A stretch of DNA of 64,000 nt, taken from assembly GCA_029262415.1 (NCBI GenBank), contig JAJCZL010000038.1:6137-70136 (forward strand). The letters are read 5' to 3'. The position numbers and the translations under genes are program-made. The notes below the pieces were generated by a model. The model was not told the DNA's origin. It saw only the letters and a program-made list of their open reading frames with translations, and searched no databases. The stretch comes from Deltaproteobacteria bacterium (GTDB lineage Bacteria > Desulfobacterota > Binatia > UBA1149 > JAJCZL01). Positions 29,617 through 40,035 of the stretch are shown piece by piece (position 1 is the first letter of the stretch; each line of letters starts with the position of its first letter).

Positions 29617-30990
29617 TCACAATATATAACGCGACAGGTCCTGGTCCTCCAGGATCGAGTCGAGTTTTCCGCGTACATATGCAGCGTCGATCGTGTAGCT
29701 CTCGCCGGCACGCTCGGGTGCGTTGAACGAGATGTCGTCGAGAATCCGCTCCATTACCGTGTGCAGCCGCCGTGCGCCTACGTTCTCGCTGCGTGAGTTC
29801 ACCTCGACGGCGACGCGCGCGATCTCGCGGATGGCCGATTGATCGAAGCTCAGCGTCACTCGTTCGGTCTCCAGTAGCGCGCTGTACTGGCGAGTGAGCG
29901 AGTTCTGCGGCTCGGTGAGGATGCGTTCGAAGTCCTCCATGGTGAGAGCGTTCAATTCGACCCGGATGGGAAAACGGCCCTGAAACTCCGGAATCAGATC
30001 CGAGGGCTTGGCCAGGTTGAAGGCGCCGGAGGCGACAAACAGGATGTGGTCGGTTCGCACGATCCCGTGTCGGGTCTTCACCGACGAGCCTTCCACGATC
30101 GGCAGTAGATCGCGCTGCACCCCTTGGCGTGAAACGTCGGGGCCGCCGATCGACTCACGTCCGGCGATCTTGTCGATCTCGTCGAGGAACACGATCCCGT
30201 TCTGTTCGGTGCGGCGAACCGCCTCCGCCGCAACCTTGTTCATGTCGATCAGATTCTGTGCTTCCTGATCGGTGAACAGCTTTATCGCTTCGGCAACCGT
30301 GACCTTGCGGGTGGGGTGGCCGCGTCCCGTTGCACCGCCGGAGCCCCCGAGCATGTTGCCGAGGGTCTCTTTGAGGTTCATACCCATGTCTTCGAGATTC
30401 TGTGGTGTGATCACCTCGAACATGGCCGTGCCATGTGGATGGTTCGGCTCGATGTCGATCTCGCGCTCGTCGAGTTCGCCGTCGCGGAGCATCTTGCGCA
30501 TTTGCTCGCGCGCGGCATTGCTCTCCGGACTGCTCTCCGGGCCGCCTCCGTCGTCTCCGCCCGACGGAGTCGATAGCAGCAGCGCGTCGAGTACGCGCTC
30601 TTCTGCATGTTCGGCGGCCGTGCCCCTGACTTTCTCCGCTTCTTCTTCGCGCACCATGGTGATCGCGATCTCGATCAGGTCGCGGATGATCGATTCGACG
30701 TCGCGGCCAACGTAGCCGACCTCGGTGAAGCGCGAGGCTTCGACCTTGACGAACGGCGCATCAACGAGCTTGGCGAGCCTGCGCGAGATCTCGGTCTTTC
30801 CGACTCCGGTCGGACCGATCATGATGATGTTCTTCGGTGCGATCTCGTCGCGGAGTTCGGGTGCGACCTGGAGACGCCGCCAGCGGTTCCTCAGGGCGAT
30901 CGCAACCGCGCGCTTGGCTTCATGCTGGCCGACGATGAAACGGTCGAGTTCGGAGACGACCTCTCGCGGGGTCATCGGTAGTTTGCTCAA
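29617..30990 (-). CDS. hslU: HslUV protease ATPase subunit
   Basis: [24 protein letters not shown]-terminal LSRYIL. Start TTG 30990 or ATG 30975. Confidence 0.97.
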   Translation of the reverse strand: MSKLPMTPREVVSELDRFIVGQHEAKRAVAIALRNRWRRLQVAPELRDEIAPKNIIMIGPTGVGKTEISRRLAKLVDAPFVKVEASRFTEVGYVGRDVESIIRDLIEIAITMVREEEAEKVRGTAAEHAEERVLDALLLSTPSGGDDGGGPESSPESNAAREQMRKMLRDGELDEREIDIEPNHPHGTAMFEVITPQNLEDMGMNLKETLGNMLGGSGGATGRGHPTRKVTVAEAIKLFTDQEAQNLIDMNKVAAEAVRRTEQNGIVFLDEIDKIAGRESIGGPDVSRQGVQRDLLPIVEGSSVKTRHGIVRTDHILFVASGAFNLAKPSDLIPEFQGRFPIRVELNALTMEDFERILTEPQNSLTRQYSALLETERVTLSFDQSAIREIARVAVEVNSRSENVGARRLHTVMERILDDISFNAPERAGESYTIDAAYVRGKLDSILEDQDLSRYIL

Positions 30991-31523
30991 GGCAAGACCT
31001 CTACGGTGAGTTGGTCGTTGGTGTAGACGCACAACTGTCCGGCAACCTTCATCGATTCTTCGGCCACAGTACGCGCGTCGAGCGCCGTATGCGCGAGCAG
31101 CGCGCGCGCTGCGGAGAGCGCAAAGTTGCCGCCGGATCCGATCGCGATCACGCCATCGTCAGGCTCGATTACGTCGCCGGCACCGGAAATCAGCAACGAG
31201 GCCTCGACATCGGCGACAATCAGCATGGCCTCGAGGCGACGCAGGATACGGTCGCTGCGCCAGTCTTTGGCCAACTCGACGGCTGCGCGGGTCAAATTGC
31301 CGCTGTATTTCTCGAGCTTGTCTTCGAATTTTTCAAAGAGCGTGAAAGCGTCGGCAGTCGCTCCGGCGAACCCACCCAGTACCTTACCGTCGTGCAGGCG
31401 ACGCACCTTGCGTGCCCGTGCTTTCATAACAGTCTGTCCGGCCGAGACCTGTCCGTCCCCGACCATGGCCACCTGCGCGTCGCGGCGGACGGCGATGATT
31501 GTCGTTGCGTGAGCCTGTTCCAT
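30987..31523 (-). CDS. hslV: HslUV protease peptidase subunit
   Basis: [28 protein letters not shown]. Confidence 0.97.
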   Translation of the reverse strand: MEQAHATTIIAVRRDAQVAMVGDGQVSAGQTVMKARARKVRRLHDGKVLGGFAGATADAFTLFEKFEDKLEKYSGNLTRAAVELAKDWRSDRILRRLEAMLIVADVEASLLISGAGDVIEPDDGVIAIGSGGNFALSAARALLAHTALDARTVAEESMKVAGQLCVYTNDQLTVEVLP

Positions 31524-31579
31524 GGTTTCTAACCGCCCTTGGTATCTTGCGCGGCCGCGGATGAAAAGCAGCCCCGCTT

Positions 31580-32599
31580 TTAGGAGCGGGGATGGGCTTT
31601 ATCGTAGACCGCGGCCAGGCGCTTGAGGTCGAGGTGGGTGTAGCGCTGCGTGGTCGAAATCGAGGCGTGGCCGAGCATTTCTTGGATTGCGCGCAGGTCG
31701 GCCCCGGCCTCGAGCAGGTGGGTCGCGAAGGAGTGGCGCAGCGCATGGGGCCCGGCTTTGATCTGCACGCCGGCGCTTTTTAGGTGCTTGTCGAGGATGC
31801 GCGCCATCGACCGGACGGTCAGCCGACGGCCGCTTAGGTTCAGGAAGACTGCCTGGTCGTCGACCCGTGGGGCCGTCCAGCCTGCGCGCGAGCGCTGCAG
31901 AGCATCGACGGCATCGCGCCCCATCGGGACGACCCGCTGCTTACCGCCTTTACCCGACATGACGCGCACGTATCCGACTTCTTCGTCGATATGCTTCCAG
32001 TCGCATGTGGCGGCTTCGCTCACCCGCAGACCGCACGAGTAAAGCAACTCGATCAGCGCACGGTCGCGCAGCGCAGCTGAATCGTCACCGTCGATCGCCC
32101 CGAGCAGCTTCGCCATGTCATCGAGCGGTAGGTACACCGGCAGGCGTTTCTCGAGTCGTGGTGCACTGACGAGCCGCGAAGGGTCGGTGATTTCCGACTC
32201 TCTGCACACGAACGCGAACAGCGCGCGCACTGAAGCGAGGTCGCGTGCGACCGTCGCGCGTCCCGAATCGCGCAGCCGTGTGGCCAGATACGACCTGAGT
32301 GCGGGCGCACCGGCTGCGGCTGCGTCGTCGAGAGTCGCGGTCTTGGCGATGCGTTGTTCGGCGAGCAGAAAGCCCACGAAGCGACAGACGTCGCCGACGT
32401 AGGCGCGGATCGACCGCGTAGCCAGCCCGCGCTCAACCAGAAGGTAGGCGGCGAACGAGGCTATTTCAGTGACCAGCGGTGCGTCCGCGGTGAGTCCGGC
32501 ATCGGTGCAGAATCGTGCGAGAGGCCTGGTTTCTGCGTGCCCGGCCTCCTGCGCTGCGCCTTTGCGCTGCTGCTTCTTGCGCGAGTGTTTCGGGGGCAC
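31580..32599 (-). CDS. xerC: Tyrosine recombinase XerC
   Basis: [47 protein letters not shown]; directly upstream of hslV. Start uncertain. Confidence 0.9.
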   Translation of the reverse strand: MPPKHSRKKQQRKGAAQEAGHAETRPLARFCTDAGLTADAPLVTEIASFAAYLLVERGLATRSIRAYVGDVCRFVGFLLAEQRIAKTATLDDAAAAGAPALRSYLATRLRDSGRATVARDLASVRALFAFVCRESEITDPSRLVSAPRLEKRLPVYLPLDDMAKLLGAIDGDDSAALRDRALIELLYSCGLRVSEAATCDWKHIDEEVGYVRVMSGKGGKQRVVPMGRDAVDALQRSRAGWTAPRVDDQAVFLNLSGRRLTVRSMARILDKHLKSAGVQIKAGPHALRHSFATHLLEAGADLRAIQEMLGHASISTTQRYTHLDLKRLAAVYDKAHPRS

Positions 32600-32623
32600 A
32601 ACCGCTATGGTATCAATCGCCGT
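32600..32623. promoter_or_regulatory. Compact bidirectional promoter (overlapping -10 boxes)
   Basis: Minus strand: TGa-TACCAT, 7 nt before GTG 32599. Plus strand: TATGGT at 32606-32611, upstream of GTG 32624. Confidence 0.45.
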
Positions 32624-33421
32624 GTGGGTCATCAACGAAACGTCGCCGGCGAGCCGTGCGCCGAACCCGTCGAGTTTGCCGGTCGGCGCGGCAACAAACT
32701 GGTGGGAGAGGTTTACTGCGCGGGCGAGGGTGCGCCGCTGCTGCTGCTGTGCCACGGCATGGAGTCCACGCGTGGCGGCGCCAAGCAGACCGCGATCGTC
32801 AATGAGTTCGTGCCGCTCGGCTACTCTGTTCTACGCTTCGATTTCTCCTATGTCGGTGACTCCGAAGGCGATTTCGAAGATCTGACGGTTCGCGGCGAGG
32901 TTGACGACCTGCACGGTGCGCTCGATTTTGCGCACGAATTGGCCCCGTCTTCGCTCGTCCTCGTCGGTTCGAGCCTCGGCGGTGCGGTGGCGTTGCTCGG
33001 CGCCGCTGATCGCCCCGCGGAGGTCGCGGCGGTCGCGACGATTGCGGCTGTTGCCGACGCTGCTCTCTTCACCGCGTCGCTCTCGGAGCCCGCACGTCAG
33101 GCCTGGCGTGAGCAAGGCCACCGCCGGTGGGGCGACGCTTTTATGAAGAGATCGTTCCTTGATGACGTTGAATCTCTGGACATCCCTGCGGCGATTGCCC
33201 GCATCGAATGTCCGGTGCTCGCAATCCACGGGGATGCCGACGACGTGGTCCCGGTCGCGCACGCGCGTCTGATCGAGCGCACTGCAGCGGGACCGGTGTG
33301 TGTCGAGGTATTTGCAGGAGTCGGTCATCGGTTTGACGAAGCAGGTGCGCTTAGCGGTCTCCTCGCGTGTCTACGGCGCTGGCTCCCCGAGGCCGTAGCA
33401 CCGCCACGCACGCCGCGATGA
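32624..33421 (+). CDS. Alpha/beta hydrolase
   Basis: LLCHG, RFDFSYVGDSEG, GSSLGG, HGDADDVV, GH. Confidence 0.88.
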   Translation: MGHQRNVAGEPCAEPVEFAGRRGNKLVGEVYCAGEGAPLLLLCHGMESTRGGAKQTAIVNEFVPLGYSVLRFDFSYVGDSEGDFEDLTVRGEVDDLHGALDFAHELAPSSLVLVGSSLGGAVALLGAADRPAEVAAVATIAAVADAALFTASLSEPARQAWREQGHRRWGDAFMKRSFLDDVESLDIPAAIARIECPVLAIHGDADDVVPVAHARLIERTAAGPVCVEVFAGVGHRFDEAGALSGLLACLRRWLPEAVAPPRTPR

Positions 33422-33720
33422 GCGCCGTGCGGGTAACGTGTCATGCGTGTGTATGGGCGCACGATTTCGATGGACCGGTTCCTCGGCGTGCCGAGTGCGA
33501 GAGCTGCGGAGCCGATCTGCGGTGTTGCCGTAACTGTGGGTTCTTCGACAAAACGACCTACAACGAGTGCAGCGAGCCGTCGGCCGAAAGAGTGCTGGAC
33601 AAGAAGCGATCGAACTTCTGTGACTATTTTGCAGGAGCCGCGGCAGTCGCTGGGAAAACAGGAGTGGGCGATGGCGATGGTGATGCAAAGACCGAACTCG
33701 ACAAGCTGTTCAAGAACTAG
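33418..33720 (+). CDS. Small Cys-rich putative Zn-binding protein
   Basis: CHAC, CESC, CCRNC, C, NFCDYF; ATGA overlap with the upstream gene. Confidence 0.75.
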   Translation: MSAVRVTCHACVWAHDFDGPVPRRAECESCGADLRCCRNCGFFDKTTYNECSEPSAERVLDKKRSNFCDYFAGAAAVAGKTGVGDGDGDAKTELDKLFKN

Positions 33721-34129
33721 CGGCTCGCGCTCAGCGTTTGCAGCGTATGTCTGCGTCGCGTTGCTCCTTACAGGCTCTGCCGCGTGCAAACCCGCAGCGG
33801 GGACCGCGCGAGCCGCAGCCGAGACTTTTCTCGATGCGCACTACGTGCGTATCGAGCTGCAGGCGTCTTTTGACCAAAGCGTTGGGCTCGCGCGTGAGAA
33901 GGTACGCGAGGAACTCGAACTGACAGCGGAAGTCGAGGCCCCTGAGGCGACAGCCAAGCCGCGTATCCATTACAAGCAGATCAACGTCCGCGAAAAGCCG
34001 GGCTCGGTGTCGTTCGTCTACGAGCTGACGATTTCGCCGGAGGGCAGCGCGCCGTTCACGCGTGAGGTCATGCTGACCGTTCGCCGCGGTGATGGCGGCT
34101 GGAAAGTTTCTAATTTTACCGAGTCGTGA
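33683..34129 (+). CDS. Hypothetical lipoprotein (NTF2-like small domain)
   Basis: VALLLTGSAAC lipobox-like segment; C-terminal GGWKVSNF. Start uncertain. Confidence 0.65.
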   Translation: MQRPNSTSCSRTSGSRSAFAAYVCVALLLTGSAACKPAAGTARAAAETFLDAHYVRIELQASFDQSVGLAREKVREELELTAEVEAPEATAKPRIHYKQINVREKPGSVSFVYELTISPEGSAPFTREVMLTVRRGDGGWKVSNFTES

Positions 34130-34135
34130 TCGCGG

Positions 34136-34927
34136 CTAGCGCCCGGTGAACTCGGGCTTGCGTTTAGCCAGGATCGCGCTCATGCCTTCGGCCGCGTCGC
34201 TACTTTTGAACGTTGCCTCCTGACGTTCGGCTTCCATTTCAATGGCTTCTCCGATGCTGCGTTCGAAGCTGCCGCGCAAGGTGTCTTTCAGGCTACGCAC
34301 CGCAAGTGGGCCGCTCGCCGCGATCTGTCCAGCCAATTCGTCGACGACCTGATCGAAGTCCTCGCCTGCGACCCGGTTGACAATTCCCATCTGGAACGCC
34401 TCTTCGGCCGAGATTGTTCGCCCGGTGTACAAGAGGTCGGCGGCGCGGCTAGGGCCGATCAGGCGCGGCAGGTTCCAGGTTGCGGCCATGCCGGGGTGGA
34501 TACCGAGTTTGACGAAGGTCATGCCGAACTTAGAGCCCGACTTGGCGACGCGTAGGTCTGCGCCCAGCGCGAAGCAAAACCCCGCACCTATGGCGTGCCC
34601 GTTCATCGCAGCGATCGACGGGACGCGGAGATCGCGGATCGAGAGAAACAGCCGGTAAAACGCAGCACCCCCCCCCAGTCCGACCGCGTCCTGGTCGGCC
34701 AACCCCGCTTCTTTGCCGAGCGTTTTCAGGTTCGCACCCGAAGAAAACGCCCGGCCGCGTCCGCTCACGATACACACCCGCGCCGATTCGTCGGCGTTGA
34801 CCAACGCTACGGCCGCGCGGATCTCTTCGCCCATAGAGGCGCTCATGGCATTGAGTTCGTCGGGTCGTTCGAGCGTGATCCGCGCGATTCCCCCGTCGAC
34901 GGTGAATGAAATTTTGTCAAAACCCAT
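34136..34927 (-). CDS. Enoyl-CoA hydratase/isomerase family protein
   Basis: RAFSSGANL, IAAMNGHAIGAG, LGIHPGM, KRKPEFTGR. Confidence 0.92.
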   Translation of the reverse strand: MGFDKISFTVDGGIARITLERPDELNAMSASMGEEIRAAVALVNADESARVCIVSGRGRAFSSGANLKTLGKEAGLADQDAVGLGGGAAFYRLFLSIRDLRVPSIAAMNGHAIGAGFCFALGADLRVAKSGSKFGMTFVKLGIHPGMAATWNLPRLIGPSRAADLLYTGRTISAEEAFQMGIVNRVAGEDFDQVVDELAGQIAASGPLAVRSLKDTLRGSFERSIGEAIEMEAERQEATFKSSDAAEGMSAILAKRKPEFTGR

Positions 34928-35021
34928 GGTTGCCACCCGTATTACGCCCGAATACAATCGGCACCCGTAGCCGTCACCCCTCGATCAGTCAAAGCGTCAT
35001 TCCCTGAAGGTAGTACACAAT

Positions 35022-37130
35022 TTGATTCGCAAACTCCTGATTCTCGTCGCAGTTTTGCTCGCAGCCGCCGTCGGCTTTGGCCTGTCAACGCTCAATACCG
35101 GCGTGAGGAGAGCGACTGACGCGTACGTCGCCTCGGTCGTGAAAGCCGGCAAGCGCAAGGTTAGCTACAGTTCGACCGGGATCAGTCTGTTGCCCTTCCC
35201 GGTCGTTGTGGTCCGCGATTTCGTCGTCGAGAGCAAGGAAGAGTTCGGTGAAGAACCACTGCTACGCGCGCCTGAGGTGCGCGTTAAGCCGAAACTGCTG
35301 CCCATGTTGACGGGGCGTGCGGAGATCGGTTATCTCGAACTCATCGCTCCGGTTCTACGCGTGGCGCGCAGATCCGCGGGGGAGACAGACCTAGGTGCCT
35401 GGCTCGCGGGGGTACCCGAAGGTGAGAGCGGGCGCGTGACGGTGCCGCTTGCCGTCACTTCCGGACGCGTCGAATTCGAGCAGCTGGGTGCCGATGACGA
35501 CTCGACTGACGGTCCTCTTCGTATCGTATTTGAGGACATAAGTGCACAGCTCGAACCTACACGCGGGGACGGTCGCACGGCGTTTGTGGTTGACGGCGCT
35601 GCGCCGGGGGAGAGCGCGCGCTTCCAGGTGTCAGGAAGCGTACGTCCGACCGGTGAGGCGACGAAAGGTCTCGAAGTCGACGTTGAATACGAAATCGCTG
35701 ATTTTGACACCGGTGCGGCACAGCCGATGCTTCCGTCGGTTGAGGGCATTTTCCTCAGCGGCCCATTGTCGCTCGCGGGCGGGTTCAACGGCTTTGCTGG
35801 CGGCCGGTCTACAGAGTCGCGTCCTGCGGAGAAGCTGCTCGGTACGGTCAAGGGCAACGGGTATATCTCAGCCTTTGGTGTCGTTGAACCGGTTTCGGTT
35901 GACATGAAGGTGTCGGACAAGGACGGGCGGTTGCGACTCGACGATGCGCGTTTCACCTGGAGTGGTGTAGATTTCACCGCCAAGGGTTGGACTTCGCACA
36001 CGCTTGCGCAAAATGCGCTATTGAACATCGACTTCGTCGGCTTCGACACCGACGCGGTTCTCGCCAAGTACGGATACAGCGACGCCATGCGCCCGCGTAG
36101 TTCATTCGACGGTCACATACGTATGGAGGGTACGCTCAAAAGACCGCTGTTCCGCTACGAGGCTGAGTCCAAGGGTATGGAGATGGATTTTTACAGCTCC
36201 TATCCGGTCAAGGTCGGCCCGATGAAAGCCAAGGGAATTCTGCTGTCGATCAGCGCGGATTTCTCCGCCTCTATAAACGCGGATTTCCTGAGCGTCGGGC
36301 CGATGCGGGTTGACGACACCAGCTTCGGGTTTCGCTATTGGCGCGACAAGCTTACGTTCAACCTGACCAAGGTCGAAGTGTGGGACGCGATTGCGACCGT
36401 CGCTGCGCGCTACGAACCGCGCGAAGCCAACGCGAATGAGGTTGCGGGTCTGTTTGACGACTTGGATGCCGGCGTTGCGCTCAGTAACGTTTTCCCCAAC
36501 CTCAAGCCGAAGATCGACGGGCGCATGGACGCGATTGTTCAACTCGGAAGCGACGACCACGGCACTTGGGCGATGGGCCGCATCGGTGTACACGAAGGCA
36601 ATTTCCCCGGGCTTTCTTTCGGCACGGCGGTGGTTGAGTCGATCGCGTCGCAGCCCGGCTTGCGGCCTTTGCGTGACGCCGAAATCCAAGCCGCTTTTAC
36701 CGGGTCGATGTCCGGTAACGCTACCAAGTTCCGGACCGTAAAGTTCGATTTCCAGTCGCGTGAGGGGGGATTTGACCTGGGCAGCGTGCTGGTGCGAACT
36801 GATGCGCTCGAATTCCGAGGCGCGGGTCTCGTATCGGGCGCAGGCGTCATCGACCTCGACGGCGATGCGATGCCGATCGGCGCATACCGTGAACGGGTCT
36901 TTGCACAGATCCCGGCGCTTCGCCGCATACAAGGCGACGACCGTATGTTGCATATCCCCGTGTCGATGGACGGTGCACTCGATTCTCTGCGGATCGGTGT
37001 GGCCCCGGAGTTCGTCACCGCTGCGACGCTTGCGGCAGCCGGTAAGCTGGTTTCGCCGCCGGCGGTGCCGAGCGCGCGCAAGCCGCTCGAGTTCGATCTT
37101 CCTGTGCTCGCAGACGAATACGGCCGCTGA
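35022..37130 (+). CDS. AsmA-family (repeating beta-groove) envelope protein
   Basis: N-terminal TM anchor, KLLPMLTGRAEI..LEL.AP AsmA-like N-terminus, beta-rich body, IPVSMDG near the C-terminus. Confidence 0.7.
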   Translation: MIRKLLILVAVLLAAAVGFGLSTLNTGVRRATDAYVASVVKAGKRKVSYSSTGISLLPFPVVVVRDFVVESKEEFGEEPLLRAPEVRVKPKLLPMLTGRAEIGYLELIAPVLRVARRSAGETDLGAWLAGVPEGESGRVTVPLAVTSGRVEFEQLGADDDSTDGPLRIVFEDISAQLEPTRGDGRTAFVVDGAAPGESARFQVSGSVRPTGEATKGLEVDVEYEIADFDTGAAQPMLPSVEGIFLSGPLSLAGGFNGFAGGRSTESRPAEKLLGTVKGNGYISAFGVVEPVSVDMKVSDKDGRLRLDDARFTWSGVDFTAKGWTSHTLAQNALLNIDFVGFDTDAVLAKYGYSDAMRPRSSFDGHIRMEGTLKRPLFRYEAESKGMEMDFYSSYPVKVGPMKAKGILLSISADFSASINADFLSVGPMRVDDTSFGFRYWRDKLTFNLTKVEVWDAIATVAARYEPREANANEVAGLFDDLDAGVALSNVFPNLKPKIDGRMDAIVQLGSDDHGTWAMGRIGVHEGNFPGLSFGTAVVESIASQPGLRPLRDAEIQAAFTGSMSGNATKFRTVKFDFQSREGGFDLGSVLVRTDALEFRGAGLVSGAGVIDLDGDAMPIGAYRERVFAQIPALRRIQGDDRMLHIPVSMDGALDSLRIGVAPEFVTAATLAAAGKLVSPPAVPSARKPLEFDLPVLADEYGR

Positions 37131-37132
37131 TC

Positions 37133-37465
37133 GTGGGTGCGGCGATCACGATCGCCCTGGTGCTCGCTCTGGTTTTTTCGGCGTGGCGTTTTTTTGTGCG
37201 TGCCCGGTTGCGCAGGTCGCAGCAGACGGCGTCGGGCGGGTCTCAGGCTACGGCGATCGAGGTCGACCGCTACGACGAAATTGACGCCGAGCTTGCTTCG
37301 CGCCGTTGTCTTTGTGGTGGCAAGCTCAGGACGCTGGGTGAAGGTACCGCCGAGCAGGGCGAACGCAGTTTCCGTGTGGTGCGAACCGAGTGCGAACGCT
37401 GTGAAGAACTCGGCTGGGTTTACTTCGACTTGAGCGCTATCGAACAGGCGCCGACGCTCCACTGA
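37133..37465 (+). CDS. Small membrane-anchored protein with CxC...CxxC zinc ribbon
   Basis: N-terminal TM, CLCGG, CERCEE..WVYF. Confidence 0.65.
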   Translation: MGAAITIALVLALVFSAWRFFVRARLRRSQQTASGGSQATAIEVDRYDEIDAELASRRCLCGGKLRTLGEGTAEQGERSFRVVRTECERCEELGWVYFDLSAIEQAPTLH

Positions 37466-37471
37466 AAAACT

Positions 37472-37786
37472 GTGAAGATTCCAGATTCTTATTTTGATGC
37501 TGCCTTGGGACTCTACGCGGTCTTTGTGCGCATCCCTCGGCGTGAATCTATCCTTCTGAAGCTTGTATTGGAGAGCTACGAGGGGCTCGCCGTGGTGCGT
37601 AGCGTCGAACCTGACGGCGGCGGGCTAGGGGCGGAACACGTGCTATTGGTGGTTTGCGATGCGGTAGCCGACGTCGAGAGGGTGCTTGCATCGGTGGACT
37701 ATGAGGTTCCGGCCGAGCTGATGACGCCCACCCCGGCCATGCGCGACGATTTACGCGCGCAACTCTTGGGCGAGTTGGATCGCTAG
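37472..37786 (+). CDS. Hypothetical protein (DUF4911-like)
   Basis: LKLVLESYEGLAVVRS motif recalls DUF4911. Confidence 0.6.
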   Translation: MKIPDSYFDAALGLYAVFVRIPRRESILLKLVLESYEGLAVVRSVEPDGGGLGAEHVLLVVCDAVADVERVLASVDYEVPAELMTPTPAMRDDLRAQLLGELDR

Positions 37787-38535
37787 AGTTCCGCGTCGTC
37801 GCCGGTTTTGCGGGTCACCGCGTAGGCAACGCCGATCGAGAGGCAGTAAAGGATCAGCACCGGGAACGCCATCAAGATCTGCGATGCGACGTCGGGTGGG
37901 GTGAGAACTGCCGAGAGCACAAACACCGCGAGTATTGCGTGGCGAAAATACTTGATGAGAGTCAGGTGTGTGATTACCCCGACGCGTGCAAGGAAGAAGC
38001 TTGCGACCGGAAGCTCAAAAGTGATGCCGAATGCGAGCAGCATTTGCGCCGAGAAAGAAAGGTACTCGCTGATGCGGATCGCTGGGTCGATACCGATTTT
38101 TGCGTACTCGCCGAGCAAGAACGGGAACCCGAGCGGGAAGACGACGTAGTAGCAGAACGTGGCGCCGCTGAGGAAGAAGAACGTTCCGAAGATCACGAAC
38201 CCGCGCGCAGTCTGCGCTTCCTTCGTTTTCAGGCCGGGTACGGTGAACTTCCACGCCTGATGGAGGAGAACCGGCAGGGCGAGGAAAACGCCCGCGATGA
38301 ACGCGACCTTGAGCCGGGTGAAGAAGGCCTCAGCGACGCCGGTTCCGATCAACGTTGCGGTGATCCCACTTTCCGCCGCTGCCGCAAACAGCGGGTCCGT
38401 CAGCGCCGCGAACAGCGGCCCGGTTGCCGGGTAGCAAACCGCGAAACCGACAGCGGCGGCCACCAGCGAGCGGAAGAGCCGCGTACGCAGCTCTCCGAGA
38501 TGGCCGGAGAGCGGAAGTTCCTGGTCTCCGGGCAT
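37783..38535 (-). CDS. tatC: Twin-arginine translocase TatC
   Basis: HLGELRTRL, FTVPGLKTKE, FGITFELP, TPPD. Confidence 0.96.
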   Translation of the reverse strand: MPGDQELPLSGHLGELRTRLFRSLVAAAVGFAVCYPATGPLFAALTDPLFAAAAESGITATLIGTGVAEAFFTRLKVAFIAGVFLALPVLLHQAWKFTVPGLKTKEAQTARGFVIFGTFFFLSGATFCYYVVFPLGFPFLLGEYAKIGIDPAIRISEYLSFSAQMLLAFGITFELPVASFFLARVGVITHLTLIKYFRHAILAVFVLSAVLTPPDVASQILMAFPVLILYCLSIGVAYAVTRKTGDDAEL

Positions 38536-38867
38536 CAGTCCGTGGCTTTGTCGTTTGCAGAGTCTTCGGGGGCGCTGCTCCCGCCCTCGATGCCGTCGTC
38601 GCGCTCAAGGCGCTTTTTGCGGCGCTCCTCTGCATCACGTCTGCGATTCTCAGCCTCGAGGTCGGCATCGTGAGTGGCGCCGCGAACCTCTTCGTCGACC
38701 ATGATGCGGGCGTTATCGAGATCCTCGGTAAGCTCCGAGGTTGCCTTGCGGAACTCCGCCAAACCGCGTCCGAGCGAGCGCGCGAGCTCGGGCAGACGTT
38801 TCGGTCCGAGCACCAGTAGGGCGATGACCAGAATGACGATGAGTTCTGTCGAGCCGATTCCGAACAT
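38535..38867 (-). CDS. tatB: Twin-arginine translocase TatB/TatA
   Basis: [27 protein letters not shown]. Confidence 0.88.
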   Translation of the reverse strand: MFGIGSTELIVILVIALLVLGPKRLPELARSLGRGLAEFRKATSELTEDLDNARIMVDEEVRGATHDADLEAENRRRDAEERRKKRLERDDGIEGGSSAPEDSANDKATD

Positions 38868-38905
38868 TGTTTGTACAGCACGCGCGACGGACACGCGTAG
38901 CCTCA

Positions 38906-38934
38906 ACGCTAGGGCCGTACGCCGCGGCTGTCAA
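38906..38934 (-). promoter_or_regulatory. Putative sigma70 promoter of tatBC
   Basis: TTGACA-17 nt-TAGCGT. Confidence 0.55.
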
Positions 38935-39012
38935 CCACGCCGGGCATAGTTGTGCCTTGGGTTTAAGGCGTGAACACCGGCGTGCTTCAAAACATCGCCT
39001 ACGGTAGATCTC

Positions 39013-40035
39013 GTGTCGATGCGTAACACGGGTTTGGTGATCGACGACCGTTTCCAACTTCACGATCCGGGTGCGGGGCATCCGGATTCGCCCCAACGCC
39101 TAGCGGCGCTCGCGCGGCTGTTCGACGCCGATCCGTTCAGGGCCTTACCGCGCGTCCGGCCGCGTGAAGCCGCCGAAGCAGAACTCGCCCGCGTTCACAG
39201 CGCGAGTCACGTGGCTGCTGTGGCTGCGAGCGCAGGCAGGGCGATGACCCGTTTTGATGCCGACACCGGGGCGTCGGCGGGGTCGTTCTTGGCCGCGCGT
39301 CTCGCCGCAGGCGCCGCGATCGAGATCGCCGACGCGATCCTTGAAGGCAGCCTCGACAACGGCTTTGCAGCACTGCGTCCACCCGGCCACCATGCGGAAC
39401 CGGACCATCCGATGGGGTTTTGTCTCTTCAACAATGTCGCCGTTGTCGCCCGTCATCTGCGCGCGCGCGGTGTAGAGCGCGTGTTGGTTCTCGACTGGGA
39501 CGTTCACCACGGCAACGGAACCCACCACACTTTCTATGCCGACCCTGAGGTGATGTACGTCTCGCTACACCAGTATCCGTTCTACCCTGGAACCGGTGCC
39601 GCGGTGGAGATCGGCTCGGGGGCGGGGCAGGGCTACACCGTTAACGTACCGTTGGCTGCAGGTACCGGAGGCGATACCTATCTGGCCGCTATGCGCGACG
39701 TCGTCCTTCCTACAGCACTGCGGTTCGATCCGCGCTTCGTGCTGGTGTCGGCCGGGTTTGATGCCCACCGTGACGATCCGCTCGCGCAGCTTGCGTTGGA
39801 GTCGGAGGACTATGCGGAACTGACCTCGGCGATGGTTGAGATCGCCGATGCCTGCGCCGACGGGCGCATCTTGCTGCTGTTAGAGGGTGGCTACGATCTG
39901 GCGGCGTTGAGTGAATCGGTGCGCGTGTCGGTCGAACGTTTGCGCGAACCGAAGGCGGCCGGCCTCGGCACTGCCGAGGCCGGCGCTGGAGCGCGTGATG
40001 CGGCGCGTGCTCTCGCGCCTTACTGGAAGATTTGA
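39013..40035 (+). CDS. Histone deacetylase-family (Zn-dependent) deacylase
   Basis: RPPGHHA, GFCLFNN, DWDVHHGNGT, SAGFDAH..DPL, LEGGY. Confidence 0.94.
   Translation: MSMRNTGLVIDDRFQLHDPGAGHPDSPQRLAALARLFDADPFRALPRVRPREAAEAELARVHSASHVAAVAASAGRAMTRFDADTGASAGSFLAARLAAGAAIEIADAILEGSLDNGFAALRPPGHHAEPDHPMGFCLFNNVAVVARHLRARGVERVLVLDWDVHHGNGTHHTFYADPEVMYVSLHQYPFYPGTGAAVEIGSGAGQGYTVNVPLAAGTGGDTYLAAMRDVVLPTALRFDPRFVLVSAGFDAHRDDPLAQLALESEDYAELTSAMVEIADACADGRILLLLEGGYDLAALSESVRVSVERLREPKAAGLGTAEAGAGARDAARALAPYWKI

Noticed and set aside
31580-32599. Tyrosine recombinase as a marker of a mobile element
   Set aside because: Its position before hslVU and its motifs indicate housekeeping XerC; no att repeats or cargo were seen.
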